A stretch of DNA of 64,000 bases from Haliotis rubra (Eukaryota): positions 744,001 through 808,000 of the forward strand of contig NW_025766048.1 in assembly GCF_003918875.1 (NCBI RefSeq), written 5' to 3'. Each line of letters starts with the position of its first letter. Within the stretch, counting starts at the first letter, position 1. Both the position numbers and the translations under genes were made by a program. Of this stretch, positions 49,231 to 62,010 are shown one piece after another. The notes below the pieces were generated by a model. The model was given only the letters and a program-made list of their open reading frames with translations. It ran no database searches and was not told where the DNA came from.

Positions 49231-51935
49231 TTAAAGGAGAATCCTCCATTTCTGGACAGACTCCTTGGAGAAATCAGACGGGCGGAAATGCAGAAAACAC
49301 AACGTACCAAAGACACAGGATAAATGAATAGTTTCCAAGTCAGGAGATCATTTGATGTAAGTGTTTAAGCATGTTATACGTGGAAAACCACCTCAGCGAT
49401 TCTATTCAAGATATTCTCTGCTCAGCATGGATTAGAATCTGAAGTTATCTGAACACGGCATTTCTACTCGCCATCAGCACAATAGCCTCACGTCCTGTGG
49501 GTGTTCCGACAACATTCAAACAGGCAACATTTCAATGATTACTTTGCGCTTGGGCAGATATTAGGACCGGAGTTTTCAAGTGGACAGATATTAAAAGGGG
49601 TTATGCACATACTGCAAGTTTTCTGAACATCATTCATCTGTAGCTGGCCTTTTTGAAACAGATAAAATAGAAATCTGTAGGGGTTGCATTTAAATTGAGT
49701 TTAGCTATCCTTATCCAGCGAGACAGTTTTAAACGTTGTGCGGGATTTTGCGGCATGTTGGTTAATGGTGGTTGAGTGAAACATTCTAAATACGAATACT
49801 TGGAATTCATGAAATAAACATGCTGTATGGCACCAACGCAGGTGTTGGCGACGTTGACTAGCACAACTTCTTTTCTGTCCGACGACAGACTGGGATATTT
49901 ACAGACCCCCTACATATACAGCCTGTCTGATTTCATTTGAGACCGAGTAATTGCTCACTAACACAAAATGTAATAATTGCAACCAAACCAAATTTTGCAG
50001 TCACTTGAAATCGACAGAGCAACTCTGATTATTTGTCTCATAACTTTGGACACCCGAATAAAAAAAGTTGTTCAACAAGGGTCATTATTTTGTTGTCTTA
50101 TTACGCTATATTTTACGAGGGGTGATCACTTGCTGGTAGAACAGCCGTTTATCAAAAATGGCGTGTGTAGTGAAATTTCGATTTCACACGTGTAACTCGC
50201 ACACCTGGCTGTTCTACCAGAAAGTGCCAAGCCCCTCCACCCCACCCCACCAAACACACACACACACAAAATCATTTTGTCTTGCACTCAGAATCAATAT
50301 TCCAGCAACATCGCGTTGAAGGACACCGCAATTAAAGATTCGAACCCGACCCGTCGCCCTGACGTGCGAACGCTTCAATCACTATGTTACCCAACTGTCT
50401 CTTCAAACACTGTCACAAGCCAATCGAGTTATTCCCCTTTATCTCAAATCCATGAAACTCAGGCTTCATATTGTACACTACACTTGTTTGTGTTGTATGG
50501 GAGATAATGTGCGCTTCTCCCATAAACTCTCTTAATTCAATACGAATCCGAGTGCAATATCGACTGACATTATCAGATAATGCACATCGTCAACAAACTG
50601 AAACAATAAACATTATGTAATGTGTCATTGTGAGAAAATGCCAACGTCGCTTTGTCGCATGAAACATTATTTCAGGCTATTGAAGTGATGAGAAATGATG
50701 TTGAACGTTGTTGAAGTTGAAGATTACTGCAAGATCACTGCAAGATCACTAGGCACGTGCATATTCCTCTTTATCTTCAAGTCGTCTGCCGCAGTTTATC
50801 ATAGTTTGTTTGTTTTTTTAATGCCACACTCCAATATTCCAGCTGTATGGCGACGGTCTGTAAACTTACGAACCTGGGCCAAACAATCCAGTGATCAACA
50901 GCAGAGTATCGATCTACGCAACTGGGATACGATGGCACGTGTCAACCAAGTCAGCGAGCCAGCCTGACCATCGATCTCGTTAGTATCGTTTTACGACACG
51001 CATGTGTTGCTCATAGCCACGGTCAGACACGGCTGACTGACTCTGATCGATCAGCTTTAGCGTCATCCCCATTATGCTCAATGCCAGACAACCATCTATA
51101 GTCAGTGAGTTTAGTTGTACGCCGCTTTTAGCAATATTCCTGCAATATCACGGCGGGGGACACCAGAATTGGGTTTCACACATTGTACCAATGTGGGGAA
51201 TCGAACCCGGGTCTTCGGTGTGACGATCGAACGCTTTAACCACTAGACCATGGAGGCCTCCATATCCTCAAGGTCATGTGTGGTGCTTACAATAACTTAT
51301 CTGACGACAAATAACGACCCTGGGCCTAAACCCGTACGCAGATTCTGATACACAAGTGACCTAACTGCGTATATGAAGAACAGCAGGGCCTGTTTGCATC
51401 TTACTGTATGTCGTTTAATAAAAGACGTATTCGTAAATCATTTTTTTAATTCTTTATTTCAAAAAGGTCATACATTTATTATATGAGACCCTAAAATATA
51501 GAGCACCATGTGGCTACGTACAGTTTAGAAAACATAGAATTGTAACAATATGAAAATATCTACTAGTTCAGAAAGCGAAGCAGGTAGTGCGTCATGAAAA
51601 CATATCAAACACTTATTGTTTGTCATGACTCAAAACGAGACCAAACACGCGTGCATTGACATAACAATACTTTTTGTGCCTATATTATCGCTATATAAAT
51701 ATGTTTTGCTGTTCCATTATTAGACGGATTGATCATTGTGTGTTGCGTCATCAATAGGGCCGAGTAATGATGTGTACAGCACCATGTGACGTTGTGACGT
51801 CACTTCCGGTTAACAGATCACTCTCGTCCGTACTGACAATGCAAACCACAAAGGCACCTTAACAATTAACAAATGGAATTCATAACCAGACTCTCAACTA
51901 CATATTTAACAATTATTATGATTTAATCCAGCATG

Positions 51936-52855
51936 CAAAAGACAACCCATTCTATCGACACGATGTCGAATTTCCGACCGTCCAATGTTCCCATAATCCC
52001 TTACGAAAGTATCCCGTTAACCAATGAGAGGGTCGCGTTTGGTTACATCAACGTTTTGTACAAAGAAAGACTTATTGGTAAGGCGTGCAGTTCAACATTT
52101 CCGTCGTACGAATTATGCTTGTCAAATTGATGGAAAATTCAGCTGCCGATAAAAGATCCGAAACTCACATTGTCCACGGGCACCTGTGACAGAAGCGGGT
52201 ATTTCGCTGGTTCACTTTAACCCTGTTCTGCCGATATCGTAACCACTTTACCAGCGACCTTCACCTTTAAAAATCAGGGTCATAATAACCTTGACCTTTA
52301 AACCCTGTGTCAATAAGATTCACAACCTCCAGAATGCTCTCAGCACAAAGGACATACATGGGACACCCACTCACATCAACATTATTTACAAAACAGTAAT
52401 CACAAACAAATACTAGATCTCCACTGCCGTTGGGTAATGCATGTACTAGTATGGAATTTATATATAGTTTTGTTAAGTGTATTTCACTCTGCAGGGCAAG
52501 ACTTTGATTTCAGCATAGAAGCATGATTGATTACAGTCTGACCATTCCGGTTTTCATACCTGACCACGAGCATTAAGAACATCAGAACCGACGAATGTTT
52601 TCATTCCAGTTTCTCCCACCGTTTTCAGAATCAGACATAATACTCGTTGAGCAACTGAACCAAAAATGGCTAATAAAAAATATATATTTCTGGACAACTT
52701 TCTAAGAGTGAACTAAACACTAAAGACTAAACACTGTTGTAAGACTGGCCTTTGGCAAGGAGCCCTATAAAGCCAATTAAAAGTGGAACTGAAATGTTAT
52801 GTATATTGACAGAGCAGATGTTCTAGTACTGTCTAGAACTGGTCGGCGTTCTTTG
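51936..52855. mobile_element. ~920-bp segment just downstream of the cassette 1 stop codon, absent from cassette 2
   Basis: Cassette 2 reads GCATG|TTGCGCG contiguously (~35990). Cassette 1 has CAAA...TTTG-bounded sequence at this junction. Confidence 0.55.
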
Positions 52856-52880
52856 TTGCGCGCTCAGTGTAGTTGGTCGT

Positions 52881-55013
52881 TTACTTCAGTCCGGAGATTG
52901 TTGATTTCAGAGAAGCCTTCTCCTGTTGATGAAAAGAAAGCAAAACCGTTATATGCTGTGATGATATGTCACAGTTCCCAGAAACATTGTTCCTATCTGG
53001 AAGAGTTAACTCCCCTAGTGCCCTGTAAATAGGTCCTGTTAACGTTGTGTTTCTACAGTAGTATGATTTGTTCAAATATTGAAGACATCAGCATGATAAT
53101 ATCAATAACCAAATTTTGCTGATAGCCAATACCAATTTAAATGACTCTAAACACCCGAATTTTCACGATTTCACAATCATCAATTGGAAACCACGAGCAG
53201 ATCCTGGCACACCAATGGGACGTAACTGTCTACACATGTTTCGAACAACGTCGCCTGCCTAAGGCGACGCCAACACGCCAAGGTCCTAAAGACTTTCCCC
53301 GATCGCAGACACCCATCGATTTATCCCCATTACAACCATAACATATCACGCCATCATACTAACGTTGTTGCCTTCGTCAAGGAGAATGGTGGTGCCGGAG
53401 CCGCCTCCCCAGGAGAAACATTCTTTGTTGATGATGTAGTCGCAGGGGATTTTGTCGCCGGGGCCTGGGGGGTTGCCAGCAGCATAGATCTAAGGGAGAT
53501 AATAAATAGATTAAAGCACAAGGTAGAGAAAGGGACCGTACGGAATGACGTTGACTGGCGACTAGCCAAAAGTGCAAACCTTCAATTTTGAGGGTCGTAT
53601 TTTGTTCAGAAACATTTTGGTTGTTTGTTTCACATTAAATATCTTATTCGTGGGCGCAAAGCCACAAACGTGAGAAAGCAATTATTTCAGAAAAAAGCAT
53701 TTCGAGTCATTTAGCATGTGCCACTTGCATAAGATAAGGAAACTATTTCTGAAAGAAGAGGTGGTCCGATATTGGGACAGCATGGACCACGACTTTCTAA
53801 CTTCTTAGATCAGTAGTATGCCCCGCCGCATTGAAGCCTGCATTGCTGCCCATGGTGACTTGACAAAAATACTAACTGTTCACCTGTCTTTGAATCTGGA
53901 GTTATGTTCTGCTAATATTCACATTTAATACGAGTGAAAAAATTAAAAAAATACAATCTTTAAATTCTCAAACATTTCTGGTTGTATATCTATGGAACTC
54001 CACCACTTAACAACAATTTCTCGTTTCTATCGTTTAAAGCCACCATCAAACATGGTAGCCTGTCTCACAGTCCCTGTACCATATTATTTTCCTTACTGCC
54101 AGGCCCTCCCTGCAATACTAAAGCCGTAAATAAAGCAAGTCTAGATTCCCTCACTAGTCTAGTCTAGATCTCACTGGGGCTCCTACCATGATCCGCTAGT
54201 TCTGAATATCCTGGTTCAAATCCAAATGACTCACCCTCAGCTTGTTGCCCTGCTTCAGAACGGTGTTGCCGAAGGTGAAGACGGCGTCAGCCTTGCCGGG
54301 AATGCTCCTTTTGAGCGTCCATCCGGACAGATCCTGATTCTGAAAGTCAAACAGAGGGACACCTTTACCTAAGGTTTCATGGTTACATGAGCGGTGGGGG
54401 TAGCCTAGTGGTTAAAATGTTCGCTCGTCTTGCCGGTTCGATTCCCCACATGGGTACAATGTGTGAAGCCATTTCTGGTGTCCCCCGCCGTGGAATATTG
54501 CTAAAAGCGGCCTAAAACTAAACTCACTCACACTTACATGACAACATGAAGAGCATATGGCAACTGGTTCAAACAGTTTTAATTCATACTGTGGTTGTTT
54601 AAAGCGACCTCAGCACGAAGGTGTTCATAGCTCTCATACCTTAACAAAGACTTACGGCAGTCGTAACACTAAGGTTGATGGTATACGCTAGCATACTAGT
54701 ATATGTATTTGAGTGCTCATTTGATCATATTCTGGGAAAACTGTTATCATTTTCACGAAAATATGTAATTTCGTATCAGCTCATGCTTCTGTATTTATTT
54801 TCAATGCGTTTCCAAGGTGACAAGTACAGGGGCACGTAAACATGACGTTTGTTAGTTTAAAAACATTTTCCCATTTTCTTACCTTTCCCTTTGATCCAGA
54901 GGTGGTGTTCTCAATCATGATGTAACTTCCGTCAATAGATGCCTCGACGAAGGCGATTGGTCCACGGGACGACCTTGACTGGGTCATTCTACCGGAAGCC
55001 TCGCTGTTCATGC
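52881..55013 (-). CDS. IF lamin-tail-domain cassette 1: exons 55013-54883, 54339-54235, 53489-53364, 52922-52881
   Basis: SMNSEASGRMTQSRSSRGPIAFVEASIDGSYIMIENTTSGSKGK | NQDLSGWTLKRSIPGKADAVFTFGNTVLKQGNKLR | IYAAGNPPGPGDKIPCDYIINKECFSWGGGSGTTILLDEGNN | EKASLKSTISGLK*. LTD motifs (IEN, LSGW.L, F.F, WG.G). The phase-1 acceptor matches the 58591 donor. No CaaX. Confidence 0.88.
53700..53880 (+). mobile_element. Tc1-family transposase C-terminal remnant in cassette 1 intron
   Basis: WDSMDHDFL...SSMPRRIEACIAAHGDLTKY*. Confidence 0.7.
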
Positions 55014-58000
55014 CTGCAGAACGGTTTGTTCCAGCTATTATAGTTATCAATCAAAAAGGTGTGAGATGAATATGAAAAGGGTGAGGTGAAAAGAAATAAA
55101 GGAATTAAATATACAGATAATGTTAAATCCTTTAGATATTGACAGATGGGTTAAGTGCAAACACGACTACATTGACAGAAATGTTAAGTGGTTAACATTC
55201 AATTGGTATGTGCAATATGCTTCAACGAGTAGAACATTTGCTATACAAATTGGTTATATAAGAACACAAAGGGTTACATTGTGAGAGAACAATGGGGGGA
55301 GGTGTCGGCGGGATATATGATTATTGATTTTCAAGCAGAGCAAACTAGACTAGGCCAGGCCACATAACGGCAACCTGGGACAGCTAGTCACGTGACCTGA
55401 CTGTCTCATTTACGTCACCTGTCCGGTAAAGCTTGTGTGGGCATGATCGGCACGAGTGTGGCCTCATTCACACCATTTAAAGCAGATAAGAGTAAACATG
55501 CAGAATTTCTCAATGACTGATGATGGGTGGGGGCAAATATTGAAACAATCAGGGATAGGCGACCGTTAGAAAAGCAAAGGGAGAGAACTTGTGGTAAGCT
55601 GGTTTCGGATTATTAAGGGTTATCATTTTTATAATACATCTGGATGTTAATCCTCAATTTTGGGTACCAAATTACCTTAACACACAGAGGAGCCTATAGA
55701 TTTACCTCATTGTAATATTTACTGGTCGTATACAGTAGAATATCAAGAGATTAAACGTAAAGGGTCAACTGTTTTAAAACGATATTTTCAGTTGAGTGAG
55801 CATGAAAGGATTGTGCAGTTGTTCCCATGGGCAGAAGTGTCTACGCTTCGGTGAACATGATTTACATACGATGTGCTATGACTCATAAATACAGCCCTTT
55901 CAGAAGATGCAAATCATTTAATACTTGTTAACAGAGGACCTATTCAACATGCAAGTTAGATCCAACCTCATTCTAAAAGACTTGCTGTTGTGGAAAAAGT
56001 TATGCATTAAAGTGCGCAAAGGCATTTGTGATCACATAAATGGCAACCGGTAGCAAGCAACTCTCTTTTGAAAACTATAATAAAACGGTGGGGACATAAC
56101 AATGATATCTAATTTCCCTATATACCACGCGGCAATATAAAATAGAATTCCACGCAGCTAACTCTCCAATTCACGAGCCGTAGTTTCGTAGTTCAATTTG
56201 TTCACAGCCCCCAGTCACACAAAGTCACCACAATTTTTTATTTAGCATGAAGGGCAAATACATGTAGATCCTGCTGTGAATAGCACATTGTTGAAATAGT
56301 TTCAAACAATCGGGACCGCCCCTGTTTGCTATGACAGTGACAGAGCGAACTTGTTTGTACAAGACGCCTCGCGCAGAGGGTTGAAAGGTCACCAACTCAA
56401 AGTTGCAAATCAGGTATTACTGCAAGCCTCGCTTTGGAAGGAAAGCCTCTGTTTGAACTTTAGTTCATGGATTGAGGTTTCGCCTGATTGGCTGAGCTAG
56501 ATGACTCACTGCCTCAGGTCTGCGTTCCGTCAGTGTTACAGTCCCACATAATCATTCAATTTCACTGCGTTAATGTTTTGTATGTTAGTCTGTATGGTGT
56601 CCTGAGTGTTTTGTAAGGCTTACATTTCTAGTTTAAAATCCTACTGTAAATTCCCCTTTGAACAAACCTACGTTTCTGACATTATTGCCTAGTAAATTAC
56701 ATAGTTTCACATTTTTTTTATAACTTCTATAACATATTTAAAAGTTTCGAACATATAAATGTCAGACATACACTTCCATGTTTTCCAGAAAGTAAATTAC
56801 GTACTTCATATGATTAAAAATTATTTCTACGAATATTAATTTCAACTAGCAGACCTACGTGAAATAGCATAAGGCACACGAATTGCTCTGAAAAGTATTT
56901 GAATGGACTCCTTAAGCTAGCAATTTATGAAGTAGTATTCATCGACAAGAACCTGAAAAGTATTGCTATAGGAAAGTCACAGCCACATCAAGCGAGTGAG
57001 AAACAAATCAATATATTTTTTCACGCAACTACAAAACGGGGTGATCAATCACAACAGATGCAACAGAAAAAGGGTTCAAAGACACGGCCGAAAACAAAAC
57101 TTTCACAACTGCATTTACCATTGCACTCATGACCTAAAAAATTATTGACTTTGTTTCAATTTGGGAACGGTGCATTTTTACGACTTACGTAATTCAACAT
57201 TACATACACGAATTGTTAGAAATATACATACTTTCAGATTTTGTCGCTGAAATAGAAACTAGATTCATATTCATGAACATTTTAGTCGTTACGGCAGGAT
57301 TGTGAATAATTAATATTTGTATAATATCTTTCTATGCACAAATATACTATTGGCTGTGAATATATACCATTGTAGTGATATGGGTTTATATACCTTCACC
57401 ATATATATGCATATATCTTGTTTGTGGTTATATATTATGTATATGTGTCTTAAAGGAAGATCAAGATGAATTAACATTCAACATTTTATTCGTGTGTAAT
57501 GAAAAAAACGTGACAATTCACTATATCATGATCGAAAATAGTGCTAAAATACAAAGAGTAGAATATAGGATATATTTACTTTATCACATTGATGTACACA
57601 ACCTACTTAGATCGTACGTATAGCACCGGCCTTAGAAACAAAAAGGAAATTGCATGAAACATTCATCTTCTTTGCTTTGTTACATGTGGACACGTGATTG
57701 GTCGAGTTGCATGCTGCTTGAAATTCTTTTGTGACATGGCTTGTGATTGGTCAAAATCATGCGGAGAATGGATAAGAACATGCTTGTCGTGGTAAAACAA
57801 AGGAACAGTGCGTAGTATTGCCATATGTTTGGATTCGTATATACAGGCTCAGTTTAAACTTATACGGGCTCGTAACAAACGGAACGAAATAATTTTCCAA
57901 TTTCGTCTGAGTTTTTTGTCACGAACATGGTGAAAATGCAGCCACGGCTGCGGAAGAGCGAATCACATTTATAACATGATCTCCGTGGCGATCGCCAACA

Positions 58001-58579
58001 TATGCTACATATTTACACTGTCAAGGACACGTGATAGGAAGGGAGATAACCACGTTCTTCGTGCGAAGAATTGAAGGTAAGGAAGGGAGGGTGCAAGGAT
58101 TACCTCCCCTGGGTGTAAGTGAACGCGACGTTGGGTCAAAGGTGTTAGTGTCCACACGACAGATTTGACAAAACAAAGAAAATGTTAGTGACATACACAG
58201 AAATAAAGCAGTACGTGGAATCGGTCACTCTGAGGCCTCTCTTTACAAGCATATCGTGACAGCCGGGTGGAAAATTATAAACTTTATGAAAATTATGCTT
58301 CGTTGTTGTATTTACACGTTGAAATTGGACGTTAGACACTGCGTTTTTCACCCAGTGTGACGCGACTCCTATAGATACGGTTTATAGTAGAAATATTGCA
58401 ACAGTATAGGCAAAGCGTTAACTAGCCCGACCACAAAGCAAAAATATATGCCAAATGAGAGGGCCCGAAGGTGCCCGCTTTAACGTCAGAAATAAAACAT
58501 TTGAAAGTCATGCTAGAAGATGAGGGTTTGAGTCCTCCCGGGCCGACACCTCAAGGACGATCACGTGATGGCCACGTGT

Positions 58580-58706
58580 TTACTTCTTACTGCTATGTCC
58601 AACAGCCGAGCTGGAGGAGCTTGAGGTTGTGATGAATTCACTAAGTTTTTGAGCTCCAGATCCTTGCACCCCAACTGCCTGTTCAACGATCTGTTTGAGA
58701 CCAGCC
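58580..58706 (-). CDS. Alternative tailless IF ending: read-through of the donor after 58591 gives ...AVGHSSKK*
   Basis: The donor A|GTAAGA is followed in frame by AGT AAG AAG TAA (stop 58582-58580). Candidate AATAAA on the - strand at ~57490-57485. Confidence 0.55.
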
Positions 58707-61700
58707 CTGGAAGAGAAAATTGGAAATATTTAACAATCTTGAACCGTTACTGACACGTCATATTCCACCACCACACATGTAATCTAATTTCTAAGATTAC
58801 ATTGGGTACGTTACTTATCTGAAGTTGATTATCTCCCCTTTGACCGATGACTCCAAAGATCTCACAATTCATAGCTAAGCCTTCAGCGCGTTTTCAACCA
58901 GTCCAAGCAGTCTTCTCTGTTATTTCTTACAATATCTTTCTGCATATCACTACGCTAGAATGAATAAGCTGAAAAAGGGCCAGCTCACAACACGTTCGCA
59001 TCCATCTAAAAAATGAGTCCATACTTTCGAGCAATATTATATAAGAACTGGGAAATTGGTGACGATTGCCTCACCTGTTCTCTTCACCCTCCAACAACTG
59101 CCTGTAGCAGCAGATCTCCAGTTCCAGGGACAGCTTGGCGTCCATGATGAGCTGCAGCTCGTGCAGACAGGTCTCCAGCTCGGACTGCAGACGGTCGACA
59201 TCTGTCTGGTATTTCAGTCTCAGCTCATCAGTGTCCCGACGGCTCTCGGACAGCTGGCGGGCGAGATCGTTCAACTCAGCCTCCAGGGTCCTCAGCTGAA
59301 GGGCAAATCACACATCAGTGACCTTGTAATGAAATCCGTTGTCAGGGCAACAGTCAGATGTCTGACCCAAGCTCTCACACTCCCGAAACCCCAGGTATCA
59401 TCTCTGAATTTCAGTGGTCTATTCGTGTTCTTGTTACTTCAAGTTTCAGCAATAAATTCATTCAATTTTTAACTCTTCTTTTCCTTTTACGCTAAATGGA
59501 AACTGTTACGGCATGCAATCGAGCCCACTTGTTCTCTGGTGTTGAGGTTTTCTATATACACCGTATTGAGGTTTTCTATATGCACCGTATTGAGGTTTTC
59601 TATATACACCGTATATATAACACTCACTTAACATCTATAGGGTATCGCATGAATAAAGTTGTCTAATTCATTGTGCTCAAGATACAACTGTTGAGATTTT
59701 CAAACGAATTTATATGTAAAGATATCGCATGTTCGTAGTCCAAGAATATATCTTCTTACAGAAATCCATGAAATGGGATTGATGTGTCGCGCGGGTTTAA
59801 AGAAATTGGATCAAATGAGACCAGTTGTTAGTTGTCATTACTACGTTATTCATTCACCTCATTCCTGAGGTCAATGTTTCCATAGTTTCAGTTATAACAG
59901 AAAGAAAAGGTAATGACTATAATAGTACACACTGGTGGCAATGTGTGAAACGAGATTTAAGTGGCTCCAGATCTATTGGAATAGCAAATACACTGATGTT
60001 CTTTTCAGTCCAATGCCTGAGATTATGTGATGATGTTGCCAAATGACGTCACTGAATGTAACGTAGATTACATACCCTAGCCTCGGCGTCGTTGAGAGCG
60101 CTGGTCCTGTCGGACAGGCTGCCCTTGAGTTTCTTCACCTCCTCCCTCAGATGGGTACTCTCCAAGTTGTCCTTCACGGCGCCGCTCTGGAGCTGTCTCA
60201 CCTATAAATACAAGGGAGATCATTCTCAAAACCATGTTTTAAAGGGACGTAACTCTCAATGCGTAGCTATTCCGAAAAGGGCAAATTCTACTTTTGCTGA
60301 TTTTATTACAAGTCATCATACATAATAACTATTGCGAATAGTATTATTTGGCATTCTAGGAGTTGCTGAATTGCGAATGAGATATACTGAAATTACAAGT
60401 GCATGATCTAAATCTAGGCTACAAAAGTGGCAGGTGTACATCATATGAAAGCAAAGGATCGAGTTGAATTAATAAAACAGAGTTTGAAATATTCAATACT
60501 GCGCATCGTGCTTAAGTACATTCAAAAGTAGACTGGGCCGCGTCGCAGTCGCAGGATTAACGATCGCCTAAGATGGTTTCGAAGATCGGACCACAGTTCA
60601 TAAGGGGTTAACTCACCTGAGCATTCATTCTCATCTCCATATCGTCTCTCATGGTGCCAACGACGTTCTCGTACTCGGTGGAGAGGTCTCTGATGGCCTG
60701 GGCCATCTCCTTGTCCCACCAGGCGCGCATATCCATACCGGCGATCCTGGTTGTCTGCTGTGTCTCTTGTGGGATCTGTAGGTAACAAAGTGTTAGTAAG
60801 TAACAGAAATACTTTCAAATTGAGGATAATTGAGGATTATTGAGGATTATGCTATTTTTGATAACAAATATCGTCGTTTGGCATTTCAGGTATTTTTAGC
60901 ATGTACAGATCACAATAGTACAATACACAACGGTTATAACGAACCCAAGGGGACTACAACTGTTAGTTCGTTATAACCGTTATTCCTTACACGGATTTCG
61001 ACTACAATATATAGCAAGTTGAAACAGGACATGAAATGATCCAAACAGTTCATTTTACCGGTTAGTGTGCTTGTTATAAACATTGATTACTCTATCATTT
61101 ATTGTAATTTTTTATTTAAATGTACAAGTTATGTTCTTCGAAGAAAAGACCATAAAGTCATAATCGTATACCTTGAGTAAGCCGAATATCGGTTCAATTC
61201 ACATTCAAGTGGTTTAACCATTTGTATTTCTGGGAATGTCTCAATACATTCGCTATGCGCATTTCGGCTGAACTATACAGAAAGTGGGACACAAATAAAC
61301 CCAGTTCGTTATATCCGTTGTTTTGTTATAGGTGTGTTCGTTTTAAAAGTAGTGTGCTGTATTCAGTCACGCACCTTGTCCAGAAGAGCCCTGAGGAACT
61401 CGCACTCCTCCTCGAAGGTCTGTGCCCTGTTGGAAGCCTCGATGTGGGCAGCAGTCTCACCGTCAAGGTCCTGGAAACGTGGATTGAAATTTAGTCGTTG
61501 TTCTTGTTTTTTCCCGTGTTTTTTTTTAAAATTGAATTCGTTTAAATTTTACGATTTATATACAGTTCTAGGCAAAGAATGTATTTATTGACTGAAGATT
61601 ATGTAACTTCCAAAGAGAATTGTTCATCCTTGTGATAGTACCTATTACACATAAAAATCATGATCGATCAATACTTATATGTGTTCTCAAGGTTTTACAT

Positions 61701-62010
61701 CAACTGCATTCTTAATTATAAGAAAGCATCCATTATATAGTCATCATAGTGGAACAATTATAACATACTGAGAAACGTCATGCGACAATTGGTGGTTTGA
61801 GATTTGGAGGATGCGCTACTTACGGCCCTGAATTTCTTCAGATCATCATTGGCCCTGTTGAGGAGTTCACGGATCTTTTCGTTCTCATCCTCGCTGTTCC
61901 TGATTCTCAGGCGGAGGGAGCCAAGCTCGCCCTCGTACTCTCCAACCTGGGTGGTCAATTGGTTGATCTTGGAAATGTAGTCCAGCTTATGCTTCTCAAG
62001 AATGTCGATT
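58591..62010 (-). CDS. Cytoplasmic intermediate filament protein (long coil 1b type), rod and linker exons: 62010-61824, 61470-61375, 60775-60617, 60201-60076, 59295-59075, 58706-58591; head/coil 1a exon not found, probably beyond the window
   Basis: Heptad-rich exons with consistent phases and GT-AG sites. IF rod-end signature LMDAKLSLELEICCYRQLLEGEENR-type motif (IMDAK here), followed by AGLKQIVEQ. Confidence 0.93.
59543..59614. repeat. 24-bp tandem repeat, 3 copies
   Basis: TGAGGTTTTCTATATACACCGTAT x3 in an IF intron. Confidence 0.85.

Noticed and set aside
59056-59472. 138-aa + strand ORF and similar ORFs at 60092, 61222 and 61797
   Set aside because: Antisense shadows of IF coding exons.
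52881-62010. Nuclear lamin gene
   Set aside because: No NLS between rod and tail, and no terminal CaaX in any last exon; fits a cytoplasmic IF.
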